Below, in pieces: positions 1 through 8,605 of a stretch of DNA of 57,696 nt (position 1 is the stretch's first letter; the number at the start of each line of letters is the position of its first letter). A program made the translations under genes and the position numbers. The stretch comes from Desulfuromonadales bacterium (GTDB lineage: Bacteria; Desulfobacterota; Desulfuromonadia; Desulfuromonadales; JAAXQG01), in contig JAAXQG010000299.1 in the NCBI GenBank assembly GCA_012974445.1, forward strand, positions 1-57,696. Direction: 5' to 3'. Under the pieces are notes generated by a model that was given only the letters and a program-made list of their open reading frames with translations, searched no databases and was not told where the DNA came from.

Positions 1-677
1 CCATCATCAGATTGTCGATGGCCCGGGAGAATCCGATGGTCTCGCAGCCCTTTGAATTGAACCAGACTCTTGCAGTAAGCCGAATAATTGTCGAAGCGCC
101 CGGCCATGGTGCGCAGGTCGATTTCCAGCAGTGGCGCCTGAAAAAGCCTGGGCAGCAGGATGTCTCCGCTGATGGCACACCCCTGGGTCATGAATATAAG
201 GTCACTCTGGCAATGTCCGGCGCAGTTGAGGTAACTGATGCCCAGACGAGCAGGCTCTGCGGACTTTTCCAGAATCAGGAAATCATCCAGCGCCCTGGCA
301 AACAGACCGGCATGAATTCCCCGGTCGTATAACAGCCTCACATATTCATCGTCGAACCCCATTCGGGCAAGCTCTTCGGCCAGCAGCCGCAGGAGCTCTT
401 CCTGGTGGCGAAGTTTAAATGCGTCCAGTTCGGCCAGATAGATCGTTGCTCCAGTTTCAGCCTGGATCCTACCGACCTGGCCGCAATGATCGACGTGCCA
501 GTGGGTCACGAAAACATGTTTGAGACGTTGCAGGTCAACCTCTCTGCGCAGCGTCTCCCAGCCTTCATCGGTGGGCGGACCGGTATCGAAAAGCACCAGC
601 TCACCCTCAAGCTGCGCCGTATAAAAATGACATTCACCGACCCTGTAGGGGGTCTCTACCGTATGCTGACGGACCAT
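1..677 (-). CDS. MBL-fold metallo-hydrolase (3' end runs off the window; absent from the ORF track)
   Basis: Manual reverse-strand translation from ATG 677-675 stays open to position 1: MVRQHTVETPYRVGECHFYTAQLEGELVLFDTGPP...KHVFVTHWHVDHCGQVG...NCAGHCQSDLIF...ILPGH. THWHVDH is the HxHxDH zinc motif. Plus-strand ORFs 12..332 and 405..746 are antisense shadows. Confidence 0.75.
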   Translation of the reverse strand, partial: MVRQHTVETPYRVGECHFYTAQLEGELVLFDTGPPTDEGWETLRREVDLQRLKHVFVTHWHVDHCGQVGRIQAETGATIYLAELDAFKLRHQEELLRLLAEELARMGFDDEYVRLLYDRGIHAGLFARALDDFLILEKSAEPARLGISYLNCAGHCQSDLIFMTQGCAISGDILLPRLFQAPLLEIDLRTMAGRFDNYSAYCKSLVQFKGLRDHRILPGHRQSDD

Positions 678-746
678 CGGCTGACTCGCTTGGGCTGCGT
701 TGCGGACCGGCAGACAGTACCGGCCCGCAACTCTTGGGATCTGTGA

Positions 747-2534
747 TCACACTGTCTGAAACAGATACTTTTCGGTCTCCAGGGCGGCTTTTGCCAGGGT
801 CCGCTTGGCCTGCAACAGTCCACTGGCATCATATTTAGTAAAGCGGCGCACGCCGCTGAGAATCATGGTCAGCATGTCGGCATCGGCCACATAGAACGCC
901 CCCTTCTTAGCCGCTGTCGACAATACTTCGGTGGCGTTGAAGGCGCAGACCTGAACCGCCGCCATGAGCAGTTCGCGCTTCTCTGCGCTCGACGCCCCAT
1001 AGACCTTCTCGGCCCGCAGCACCGCGCTCTCCAAGGCAAAGATCTGGATGGCCATATCGGCTGCGGTCATGAGGATCTCCTGTTCATCCTGAAGCTTATC
1101 CATGTACTTCTGGACTGCGCTGCCGGAGAGTATCAGGAACAGGGTCTTGAGATTCTTCAGCAGCGCCTTCTCGCGCTCAAAGGGGATGCTGTCGTCAATC
1201 TCATCGAAGCTGGGAGTCATCAGGGAGTCGAAGGCCTTCATCGCCTCCTGCTGAAAGGGTAGTTCGCCCTTCATAGATTTGCGCAGTATCATACCGGGGA
1301 TCAGCAGCCGGTTGATCTCATTGGTCCCTTCGAAAATCCGGTTGATACGTTCATCGCGATAGTACCGCTCCGCTGGATATTCGCTCACAAAGCCGTAGCC
1401 GCCATGAATCTGAAGCACCTCATCAACGGTGCGGGCCAGCACTTCGCTGCAGTAGACCTTCGAGATGGCACACTCCGGTGCGTACTCTTCGATCCCCTTG
1501 AGATACTGCTCATAGTAGTTGTCGACGCCGTCTTCGATGGTTGCCAGCTTGGTATCGAGCAGACCGGCAAGGCGGTAAACTAGAGACTCGGCAGCAAAAA
1601 TATCGGCATTCAAATCGGCTATCTTTTCCTGAATGGCGCCGAAGGAACCGATGGACCTGCCGAACTGCTTGCGCTCATTAGCATATTTGACTCCTTCGAC
1701 CAGAGCCATCTTTGCCGCACCCGTCACCCCGGCACCCAGCTTGAAACGACCGACGTTCAGGACGTTAAAGGCGATCTTATGCCCCCTGCCCTTTTCGCCC
1801 AGAAGGTTTTCGACAGGAACCTTGCAGTTATCGAGAATGATCTGGGTGGTCGACGAGCCCTTGATGCCGAGCTTCTTCTCCTCGGCCCCCACCATTAAAC
1901 CTTCGAAATCACGTTCGACCAGAAAGGCTGTGAAATGCTCCTTGTCGATCTTGGCGAACACGGTATAGAGCTGAGAGAATGCACCGTTGGTGATGAACTG
2001 CTTGGTGCCGTTGAGCAGATAATGGGTGCCGTCCTCTGAGAGGGTTGCCGTTGCGCTGGCCCCCAGGGCGTCACTGCCGGAACCGGGCTCAGTCAGGCAG
2101 TAAGCCGCGATCCACTCTCCGCTGATGATTTTTTCCAGATACTTCTCTTTTTGCGCATGGGTTCCGTAATAGACCAGAGGCAAGGTACCGATACCGGTAT
2201 GGCAGGCGAAGGCGACGGAGAAAGATCCGGCCCTGGCGATCTTCTCCCCGACCAGCATGCTGGTCGCCTTGTCGAGATCGAGTCCGCCATACTTCTCTGG
2301 CGCATCGATCATCAGCAGACCAAGTTCGCCGCATTTGCGCATGCCTTCTACGACCAGATCAAAATTTTGATTATCGATTTCCTCGAGATGGGGAAGGATT
2401 TCATTATCTACGAACTGCTCCGTGGTCTCGGCAATCTGCCTCTGCTCGTCAGTAAAGTCCTCAGGGGTAAAAATATCGTCACAGGACAGGTCGGTCAGCA
2501 GGTACTCGCCTCCGAGATAGATGCGTTTACTCAT
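747..2534 (-). CDS. acyl-CoA dehydrogenase, long (595 aa) form with C-terminal helical extension
   Basis: ACAD signatures (AYCLTEPGSGSD, QIHGGYGF); RBS AGAGGTG 5 nt upstream of the ATG; last gene of the fad operon. Confidence 0.9.
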   Translation of the reverse strand: MSKRIYLGGEYLLTDLSCDDIFTPEDFTDEQRQIAETTEQFVDNEILPHLEEIDNQNFDLVVEGMRKCGELGLLMIDAPEKYGGLDLDKATSMLVGEKIARAGSFSVAFACHTGIGTLPLVYYGTHAQKEKYLEKIISGEWIAAYCLTEPGSGSDALGASATATLSEDGTHYLLNGTKQFITNGAFSQLYTVFAKIDKEHFTAFLVERDFEGLMVGAEEKKLGIKGSSTTQIILDNCKVPVENLLGEKGRGHKIAFNVLNVGRFKLGAGVTGAAKMALVEGVKYANERKQFGRSIGSFGAIQEKIADLNADIFAAESLVYRLAGLLDTKLATIEDGVDNYYEQYLKGIEEYAPECAISKVYCSEVLARTVDEVLQIHGGYGFVSEYPAERYYRDERINRIFEGTNEINRLLIPGMILRKSMKGELPFQQEAMKAFDSLMTPSFDEIDDSIPFEREKALLKNLKTLFLILSGSAVQKYMDKLQDEQEILMTAADMAIQIFALESAVLRAEKVYGASSAEKRELLMAAVQVCAFNATEVLSTAAKKGAFYVADADMLTMILSGVRRFTKYDASGLLQAKRTLAKAALETEKYLFQTV

Positions 2535-2625
2535 AGGTCACCTCTTGATTCCTGAATATATTTGCTTCTCAATTTAGGAAAGTCCTCCATGCAGGGGATC
2601 GTTCAGTCTCGCCTCAGGTGCGGCG

Positions 2626-3798
2626 CTACATTCTTTCGAATATTCCCGCCGCACCCATGCCGCCACCGATACACATGGAGACCATGCCGTATCGGGTATC
2701 GCGGCGCTGCATCTCCGACAGCAGGGTTGCCGAGAGTTTTGCGCCGGTACAACCCAGAGGATGACCCAGGGCGATGGCGCCGCCGTTGACGTTGACAATC
2801 TCCGGGTCAAGCCCCAGTTCACGAACCACCGCAAGGGACTGGGCTGCAAAAGCCTCGTTGAGCTCGATGAGCCCTATATCCTTCTGCTTCAATCCCCCTA
2901 TCTCAAGAGCAAGCGGAATGGCTTCGACGGGACCGATTCCCATGATTTCGGGGGGGACGCCCCGCACGGCGAAGGAAACAAAACGAGCGATCGGATCCTT
3001 GCCGAGCCTCTTGAGAAACTTCTCCGACACGACCAGCACCGCCGCTGCGCCGTCGGTCATCTGCGAGGTGTTTCCGGCGGTGACCATACCGCCTACCTTG
3101 AATGCGGGCTTGAGCCTTGCCAACCCCTCCAGGGTCGTGTCGCCACGCACGCCATCATCGATGGCAACCTGCTCGCGCACTTTTTTGACCTTGTCTGACT
3201 GCATCAGAACCTGTTCAATCTCGACGGGGATGATTTCATCGGTGAAACGGCCTGCTTCGATGGCGGCGGCGGCCTTCTGGTGACTCGCCAGAGCGAAGGC
3301 ATCCTGATCCTCACGGCCGATCGCGTATTTATCTGCCACCATCTCGGCGGTGATGCCCATCGAAGCGTAGCTTTCGGGCCAGTCAGAGACCAGGGTCGGA
3401 TTGGCGCTGTACTTGTTCCCCCCCATGGGCACCATGGACATGGACTCGGCACCTCCGGCGACAATGCAGTCGGCAAGCCCGGCCATTATGCGCTCGCTAG
3501 CGCTGGCGATGGTTTGAAGACCGGATGAGCAGAAGCGGTTGAGGGTTAGCGCCGGAACCTGATAGGGGACGCCAGCCTTCAAGGCCGCAGTGCGGGCAAA
3601 ATTCATCCCCTGCTCCCCTTCGGGAAAGGCGCACCCGAAGATGACGTCATTAATCTCTCCGGCGTCGATACCGGTGCGCTCGATAAGGCCAGCAATTGCG
3701 GCGGCAGCCAGATCATCGGGTCGCAGGTCTTTAAATTTCCCTTTTTTTGCTCGGCAGCCAGGGGTTCGGTAGGCCGCCAGAATGTATGCTGAATTCAT
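2626..3798 (-). CDS. fadA: acetyl-CoA C-acyltransferase (thiolase)
   Basis: Thiolase motifs (NRFCSSGLQ active-site Cys, NGGAIALGHPLGCTG, C-terminal CIGGGMG). Start trimmed from TTG at 3810 to ATG at 3798, which has GGAGGA 4 nt upstream. Confidence 0.92.
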   Translation of the reverse strand: MNSAYILAAYRTPGCRAKKGKFKDLRPDDLAAAAIAGLIERTGIDAGEINDVIFGCAFPEGEQGMNFARTAALKAGVPYQVPALTLNRFCSSGLQTIASASERIMAGLADCIVAGGAESMSMVPMGGNKYSANPTLVSDWPESYASMGITAEMVADKYAIGREDQDAFALASHQKAAAAIEAGRFTDEIIPVEIEQVLMQSDKVKKVREQVAIDDGVRGDTTLEGLARLKPAFKVGGMVTAGNTSQMTDGAAAVLVVSEKFLKRLGKDPIARFVSFAVRGVPPEIMGIGPVEAIPLALEIGGLKQKDIGLIELNEAFAAQSLAVVRELGLDPEIVNVNGGAIALGHPLGCTGAKLSATLLSEMQRRDTRYGMVSMCIGGGMGAAGIFERM

Positions 3799-3854
3799 GA
3801 TGTCCTCCAATGGTTCATCCCGCAGCGACTCATCGGTCGCGCGGTATCCGGTCT

Positions 3855-6239
3855 CTAGTTACGAAGCGGCTTCCCCTTTTTGAGCATATGCTGAATCCGT
3901 TCGGCGGTCTTTTTGTTGCCGCAGAGCTTGAGAAAGCCCTCGCGTTCGAGATTGAGCAGATACTGTTCGCTGACCAGGGTTCCTGCAGGCACGTCGCCTC
4001 CGCAGATCGCATCGGCTATGACTCCGCCCATTTTCGCTTCGTACTCGGTGGCAAAGCCGCCCTGCATCATGTTCCAGAGCTGGCTCTTGATGCTGGCTGA
4101 AACACTGCGGCCGGGAACCGGAATCGCCTGCAGCGGCTTGCCGGGTCGATAATTGGTCGCAAGGGAGAGCACCTTCTTCTTGGCGTCGGGGATCAACCGG
4201 GCCAGATTCGGGGTTATCGAGTCGCCTTCCCCCATGAACCCAAGCCCTTTGAGCTCCGCCGCCGACATGGACACCTTGGCCATGCCGATATTCTGAAAGT
4301 TCTTGAAAATAAAGGGAGAAACGTCTGTATCGTACTGACCGGCCAGCTGCACCGCCCGCAGGCACATCTCTTTGGTGCCTCCTCCGGCCGGCAGCAAGCC
4401 GACGCCTATTTCAACCAGCCCCATATAGGTCTCGGCATGGGCATTGATCGCGTCGGCATGAAGGCTGAATTCGCAACCTCCCCCGAGGGTCATGTTGAAG
4501 GGGGCGGCCACCACCGGCACCCTGGAGTACTTGATCGCCATGGTTGCCTTCTGGAATGCCCTTACCGCCATGTCGATGTCCTCAAAGGCGCCTTCGGCCA
4601 TAGCGACGGCCATCATCATCAGATTGGCTCCGACGGAAAAGTTGGCTCCCTGATTACCGATGACCAGCCCCTGCCCCTCTTCTTCGGCACGCTTGATCGC
4701 CTTATGGGTCATGGCCAGGATATCGCCGGTGATGGCATTCATTTTGGAGTGAAATTCGAAACCAAAAACCCCATCGCCCAGATCGATAATTGAGCAGTTG
4801 GCGCTCTTTTCAACGACCTTGCCCGCCTTTTTTATAATCTGCAGACAGACCTCGCCCTCCACAGGCTCAAGGGCGCGGTAATCGCCGTCGATCAGATCGA
4901 AATAATATTTTTTGCCCTGCTCAAATTTATAAAACGAATCCACCTTTTTAAGCGCTTCCGGGACGAGCACTCCGTCGCCCTCGGCACGTTTAACAAAAGC
5001 CTCAACGCCTAAGGCATCCAGCATTTCGAAGGGACCCAGCTCCCAGTTGAACCCCCACTTCATGGCGTTATCGATATTGACCACATCGTCGGCAATTTCG
5101 GGAATTCTCTTGACCGCATAGATCAAGGTATCCCGAAGACTGCGCCAGGCAAATTCGGCGCCCCGGTCGCTCCCCTCTACGACCATTTTCAGCCGCTTAG
5201 CCGGATCATCCTGCTGCCTAGCTGCTTCAACGGAAGGAAACTTGGGGCGGGTTGCAGGTCTGTACTCTCCATCCCGGTAGTCGAAATATAGAATCTGGCG
5301 CCCCTGCGGCCCCTTCTTTTTGAGGTAAAATCCCTGCCCGGATTTATTTCCCAGATGACCGGCTGCAACCATTTGAGTCAGAAACTCGGGAACCTTGAAG
5401 GTGTCACGCTCATCGTCTTCGGTGAGCAGTTCGTAGGAGTTGTTGCCGACGTAAGCCAGGGTATCGATTCCCACCAGATCAGCCGTCCTGAACACCGCGC
5501 TTTTCGGTCTCGCCGTCGCGGTGCCGCCAACGACGTCCACTTCCTCGACGCTCAAGCCCATGTCGACCATGTGCTGCATGCCGTTGTACATGGCGTAGAC
5601 GCCGATCCGGTTGGCGATGAAATTTGGGGTGTCCTTGGCGTAGACAATCCCCTTGCCGAGACGCTTGCTGATAAAGTCAGCCAGCCCGGAGACGATAAGG
5701 GGGTCAGTCTCCCTGCAGGGAATGATCTCCAGCAGCCGCATATAACGCGGTGGATTGAAGAAGTGAGTGACCAGAAAGTTCTTGCGTACCTCCGGCGGCA
5801 AGACTTCAGCCATCTCATTAACCGACAGACCGCTGGTATTGGTGGAAACGATCGCACCAGGGGCCAGGTTTGGCACCACCTTCTCCAGGAGCGACTTTTT
5901 GATGGGCATGTGCTCGACCACTACCTCAATCACCCAGTCGCACTCCTTGAGCCGCTGCATGTGGTCTTCAAAATTACCAGCCCTTATTTGTTCGGAATAT
6001 TCTTTGAGATAAAGAGGAGCTGGCTTCATCTTCAGCAGGCCGTCGCGTCCCGCCTGAGCAATACGGTTGCGCACCTGAGGACTTTCAAGAGACAACCCCT
6101 TGGCCGCTTCCTCTTCGGTGATCTCTCTCGGCACTACATCAAGAAGCTCAACCTCAAGACCTGCATTGGCCAGGTGCGCGCCTATGGTAGCTCCCATAAC
6201 GCCAGCACCGAGCACTGCTACCCGTTTGATTTGCCTCAT
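3855..6239 (-). CDS. bifunctional 3-hydroxyacyl-CoA dehydrogenase / enoyl-CoA hydratase (NAD domain N-terminal, crotonase domain C-terminal)
   Basis: N-terminal Rossmann fold VAVLGAGVMGATIGAHLA. C-terminal crotonase fold (GANFSVGANL...GGGCE). The ATG overlaps the fadD-like stop as ATGA. RBS GGAGGGAAAGG. Confidence 0.9.
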   Translation of the reverse strand: MRQIKRVAVLGAGVMGATIGAHLANAGLEVELLDVVPREITEEEAAKGLSLESPQVRNRIAQAGRDGLLKMKPAPLYLKEYSEQIRAGNFEDHMQRLKECDWVIEVVVEHMPIKKSLLEKVVPNLAPGAIVSTNTSGLSVNEMAEVLPPEVRKNFLVTHFFNPPRYMRLLEIIPCRETDPLIVSGLADFISKRLGKGIVYAKDTPNFIANRIGVYAMYNGMQHMVDMGLSVEEVDVVGGTATARPKSAVFRTADLVGIDTLAYVGNNSYELLTEDDERDTFKVPEFLTQMVAAGHLGNKSGQGFYLKKKGPQGRQILYFDYRDGEYRPATRPKFPSVEAARQQDDPAKRLKMVVEGSDRGAEFAWRSLRDTLIYAVKRIPEIADDVVNIDNAMKWGFNWELGPFEMLDALGVEAFVKRAEGDGVLVPEALKKVDSFYKFEQGKKYYFDLIDGDYRALEPVEGEVCLQIIKKAGKVVEKSANCSIIDLGDGVFGFEFHSKMNAITGDILAMTHKAIKRAEEEGQGLVIGNQGANFSVGANLMMMAVAMAEGAFEDIDMAVRAFQKATMAIKYSRVPVVAAPFNMTLGGGCEFSLHADAINAHAETYMGLVEIGVGLLPAGGGTKEMCLRAVQLAGQYDTDVSPFIFKNFQNIGMAKVSMSAAELKGLGFMGEGDSITPNLARLIPDAKKKVLSLATNYRPGKPLQAIPVPGRSVSASIKSQLWNMMQGGFATEYEAKMGGVIADAICGGDVPAGTLVSEQYLLNLEREGFLKLCGNKKTAERIQHMLKKGKPLRN

Positions 6240-8068
6240 CCTTTCCCTCCGTTTCCATGATCATTTTCGAAATACAAACCTTCTAACTTCTCATGATATT
6301 TTCCATAAATTACCTTGCGTTTAAGTTTGAGCGTCGGGGTCAGCTCCCCCCCTTCCACCGAGAAGTCGCGTGGAATAATCACGAACTTCTTGATCGTCTC
6401 GTAGGAAGGTAACTTCGCATTAACGAGATCGATACGTTCGCTGAACAGTTGCTTCACCCGGGCGTTGGCGACAAGGTCCTCCATGTCGAAATAGGCCAGA
6501 TTAAGCTGCCGAGCCAGTTCAATCAGTCGCTCCAGGCTGGGCGTCAAGATAGCCACCAGATAGGGTTTGCCGTCGCCGTAGACGAAGCTCTGGGAAATGT
6601 ACTTGTCCAGTTTCAGTTCATTTTCTATAGGTTGCGGCGCAATGTTCTTGCCGCCGGCTGTTACGATGATCTCCTTTTTGCGATCAACGATATACACGAA
6701 ACCATGCTCGTCAATTTTGGCGATATCCCCCGTATAGAGCCAGCCATCGATAATTGCCTCTCCGGTCTCCTCGGGACTCTTGAAATACCCCTTCATCAAC
6801 TGCGGGCCCTTCACCATAAGCTCGCAGTCATCGGCAAGCTTCACTTGCGTTTTATCCAGGGGGCGGCCGACCGAGCCGAAACGAATCTCGTCAAAATTGT
6901 TCAGAGTAATAGCGGGACTGGTCTCGGTCAGGCCGTAGCCCTCGAAAGTCGGGATGCCGATGATCCACATGAACTCATTAATAGTCTTGTCGAGGGCGGC
7001 CCCTCCGGAGATAAAAAATCGCAAACGACCGCCAAACCTCTTTCGAATAGAGCTGAAGACCAAGCGATCTGCCAGCCGATATTTCAGCCCCAGCAGGCCG
7101 ACGGGCTGCCGATGCACATATTTGCGATAGATGTAATCTCGGCCGATGTCCACGGCCTTGTGGAATAGTTTACGTTTTACCGGATTCATCTGATGGACAT
7201 TTTCATAGATACGCGAGTAGATCTTCTCGAAGAGCCTCGGTACGCTGACCATGGCTGTGGGCCTGACCTCGAGGATATTCTCCACCACCTTTTCAGCACT
7301 CTCGGCAAAGGCCACATGGCATCCGTGCATGAGAGCGGCATGGTATCCGGCGGTGCGCTCCAGAACATGACTCAGCGGCAGAAAGCTGAGAAAAGTCTCT
7401 CCCCGATTCACACCGCCGAGTTTCTGCATTCCATAATAGGCATTCTGCACCATGTTGGACTGAGTCAGCATGACGCCCTTGGGCACACCGGTCGTTCCTG
7501 AGGTGTAGATGATGGTGATCAGGTCGTCGGGGCTGACGCTGTCAATCTCGGCCTCGATTTCCTGTCGTTGCACTTCGGTGAGAGGGTGGGATATTTCGGA
7601 GAGCTGATAGAGGGTGTAAACCGGAAGAGAACTCTCTCCCATGAACCGCTCGTAGGAAACGACCAGTTCGACCCCGGGGATCTGATCCCGGATTTTCAGG
7701 AGCTTTTGATACTGCCCTCGGGTTGAGACAAAGACAATCTTCACCTCGGCGTGATTGATGACGTAAGCCACCTGCTCAGCGGTGTTGGTAGGGTAGATGG
7801 GCACGGTGATGGCGCGCACCGACTGAATACTCAGATCGGAAATGGCCCAACCCGCCCTGTTTTCAGAGAGGATGGCAACGCGATCCCCCGTTTTTACTCC
7901 GACCTTCCGGAGACCGCGAGCAGCCATGAGCACACGATCATAGAAGTGCTCATAACTCAGCTGTATCCACTCCCCGGCCTTTTTGTAGCTGATAGCCGGC
8001 AGCTCTGCGAACTTAACCGCATTGGTCTTGAGCATCTCGGGAATCGAACCGTAAGGTATATCGCTCAT
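6236..8068 (-). CDS. fadD: long-chain fatty acid--CoA ligase (AMP-dependent synthetase)
   Basis: AMP-binding motif IIYTSGTTGVPKGVM, plus YGLTE and TGDIAKIDEHGFVYIVDRKKE. RBS AAGGGGG upstream. First gene of the fad operon. Confidence 0.88.
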   Translation of the reverse strand: MSDIPYGSIPEMLKTNAVKFAELPAISYKKAGEWIQLSYEHFYDRVLMAARGLRKVGVKTGDRVAILSENRAGWAISDLSIQSVRAITVPIYPTNTAEQVAYVINHAEVKIVFVSTRGQYQKLLKIRDQIPGVELVVSYERFMGESSLPVYTLYQLSEISHPLTEVQRQEIEAEIDSVSPDDLITIIYTSGTTGVPKGVMLTQSNMVQNAYYGMQKLGGVNRGETFLSFLPLSHVLERTAGYHAALMHGCHVAFAESAEKVVENILEVRPTAMVSVPRLFEKIYSRIYENVHQMNPVKRKLFHKAVDIGRDYIYRKYVHRQPVGLLGLKYRLADRLVFSSIRKRFGGRLRFFISGGAALDKTINEFMWIIGIPTFEGYGLTETSPAITLNNFDEIRFGSVGRPLDKTQVKLADDCELMVKGPQLMKGYFKSPEETGEAIIDGWLYTGDIAKIDEHGFVYIVDRKKEIIVTAGGKNIAPQPIENELKLDKYISQSFVYGDGKPYLVAILTPSLERLIELARQLNLAYFDMEDLVANARVKQLFSERIDLVNAKLPSYETIKKFVIIPRDFSVEGGELTPTLKLKRKVIYGKYHEKLEGLYFENDHGNGGKG

Positions 8069-8361
8069 CTTACCCCCTTTTTTTATTGAGCTTTACAAAT
8101 CAATATCTCACCTTCACGTTCACGTCAACCACAAAATAAAACATTATTATAAAATTCAACATCCGGTCAGATTGTGACGGAGAAGATCGCAAGGCGCAGG
8201 GGCAGGACCACCATATTTCAAACGAATTAAAACTAAACCTTCCGCCCTGCTATCTCGGCCCCATGGGGAAACTGAGGCATCAGACCCAGGGTGTCCCTCT
8301 GTGTCCCCTGTGGTGCAAGGGGTTCAACACCAGGCCTCACTGCAACACGTGGTTCGCCACC

Positions 8362-8499
8362 GGTAGGGGCGCTGCTTGCCGCGCCCGGTTTTAGAACATG
8401 CGCGATCAGCTCCAAAACACCAGAACCCATTTCCTGAGCTAGTTTCCGATGCAGGAGATGGGGTAACCAGGACAGGGCGCAGCAAGCGGCGCCCCTACC
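8362..8499. repeat. long-range inverted repeat (two 25-nt GC-rich arms, each itself a small palindrome) enclosing 88 nt
   Basis: Arm 8362-8386 is ggtaggggcgctgcttgccgcgccc; arm 8475-8499 is gggcgcagcaagcggcgcccctacc. Pairing gives 23 Watson-Crick pairs, 1 G-U and 1 mismatch. Each arm has an internal gggcgc/gcgccc 6-bp stem. Confidence 0.7.
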
Positions 8500-8605
8500 T
8501 TCTCAGAGCATCAGACCGCCTACGGTTTCAAAACTCTCAAATGTTTAAAAATCGCTCTATATCATACACTTAAAAATTTACTGGGACTTTATGGTTTGCA
8601 AGGTA

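Noticed and set aside
12-746. Plus-strand ORFs 12..332 (106 aa) and 405..746 (113 aa)
   Set aside because: They lie antisense to a clear MBL-hydrolase reading frame (THWHVDH) that is open from 677 to the window edge. They have no recognisable motifs.
5355-6260. 301-aa plus-strand ORF antisense to the fadB-like gene
   Set aside because: A typical GC-rich antisense shadow ORF with low-complexity composition. The opposite strand carries strong family motifs. The same reasoning applies to 33365..34267, 34655..35401, 36889..37692, 41877..42635, 27959..28759, 26715..27422 and 6449..7168.
8233-8573. Small ORFs 8233..8430 (-) and 8376..8573 (+) in the RND-fadD spacer
   Set aside because: They are generated by the GC-rich palindromic repeat arms (peptides like GAASSAPTGG and GRSKRRPY). 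They have no RBS and overlap each other on opposite strands.
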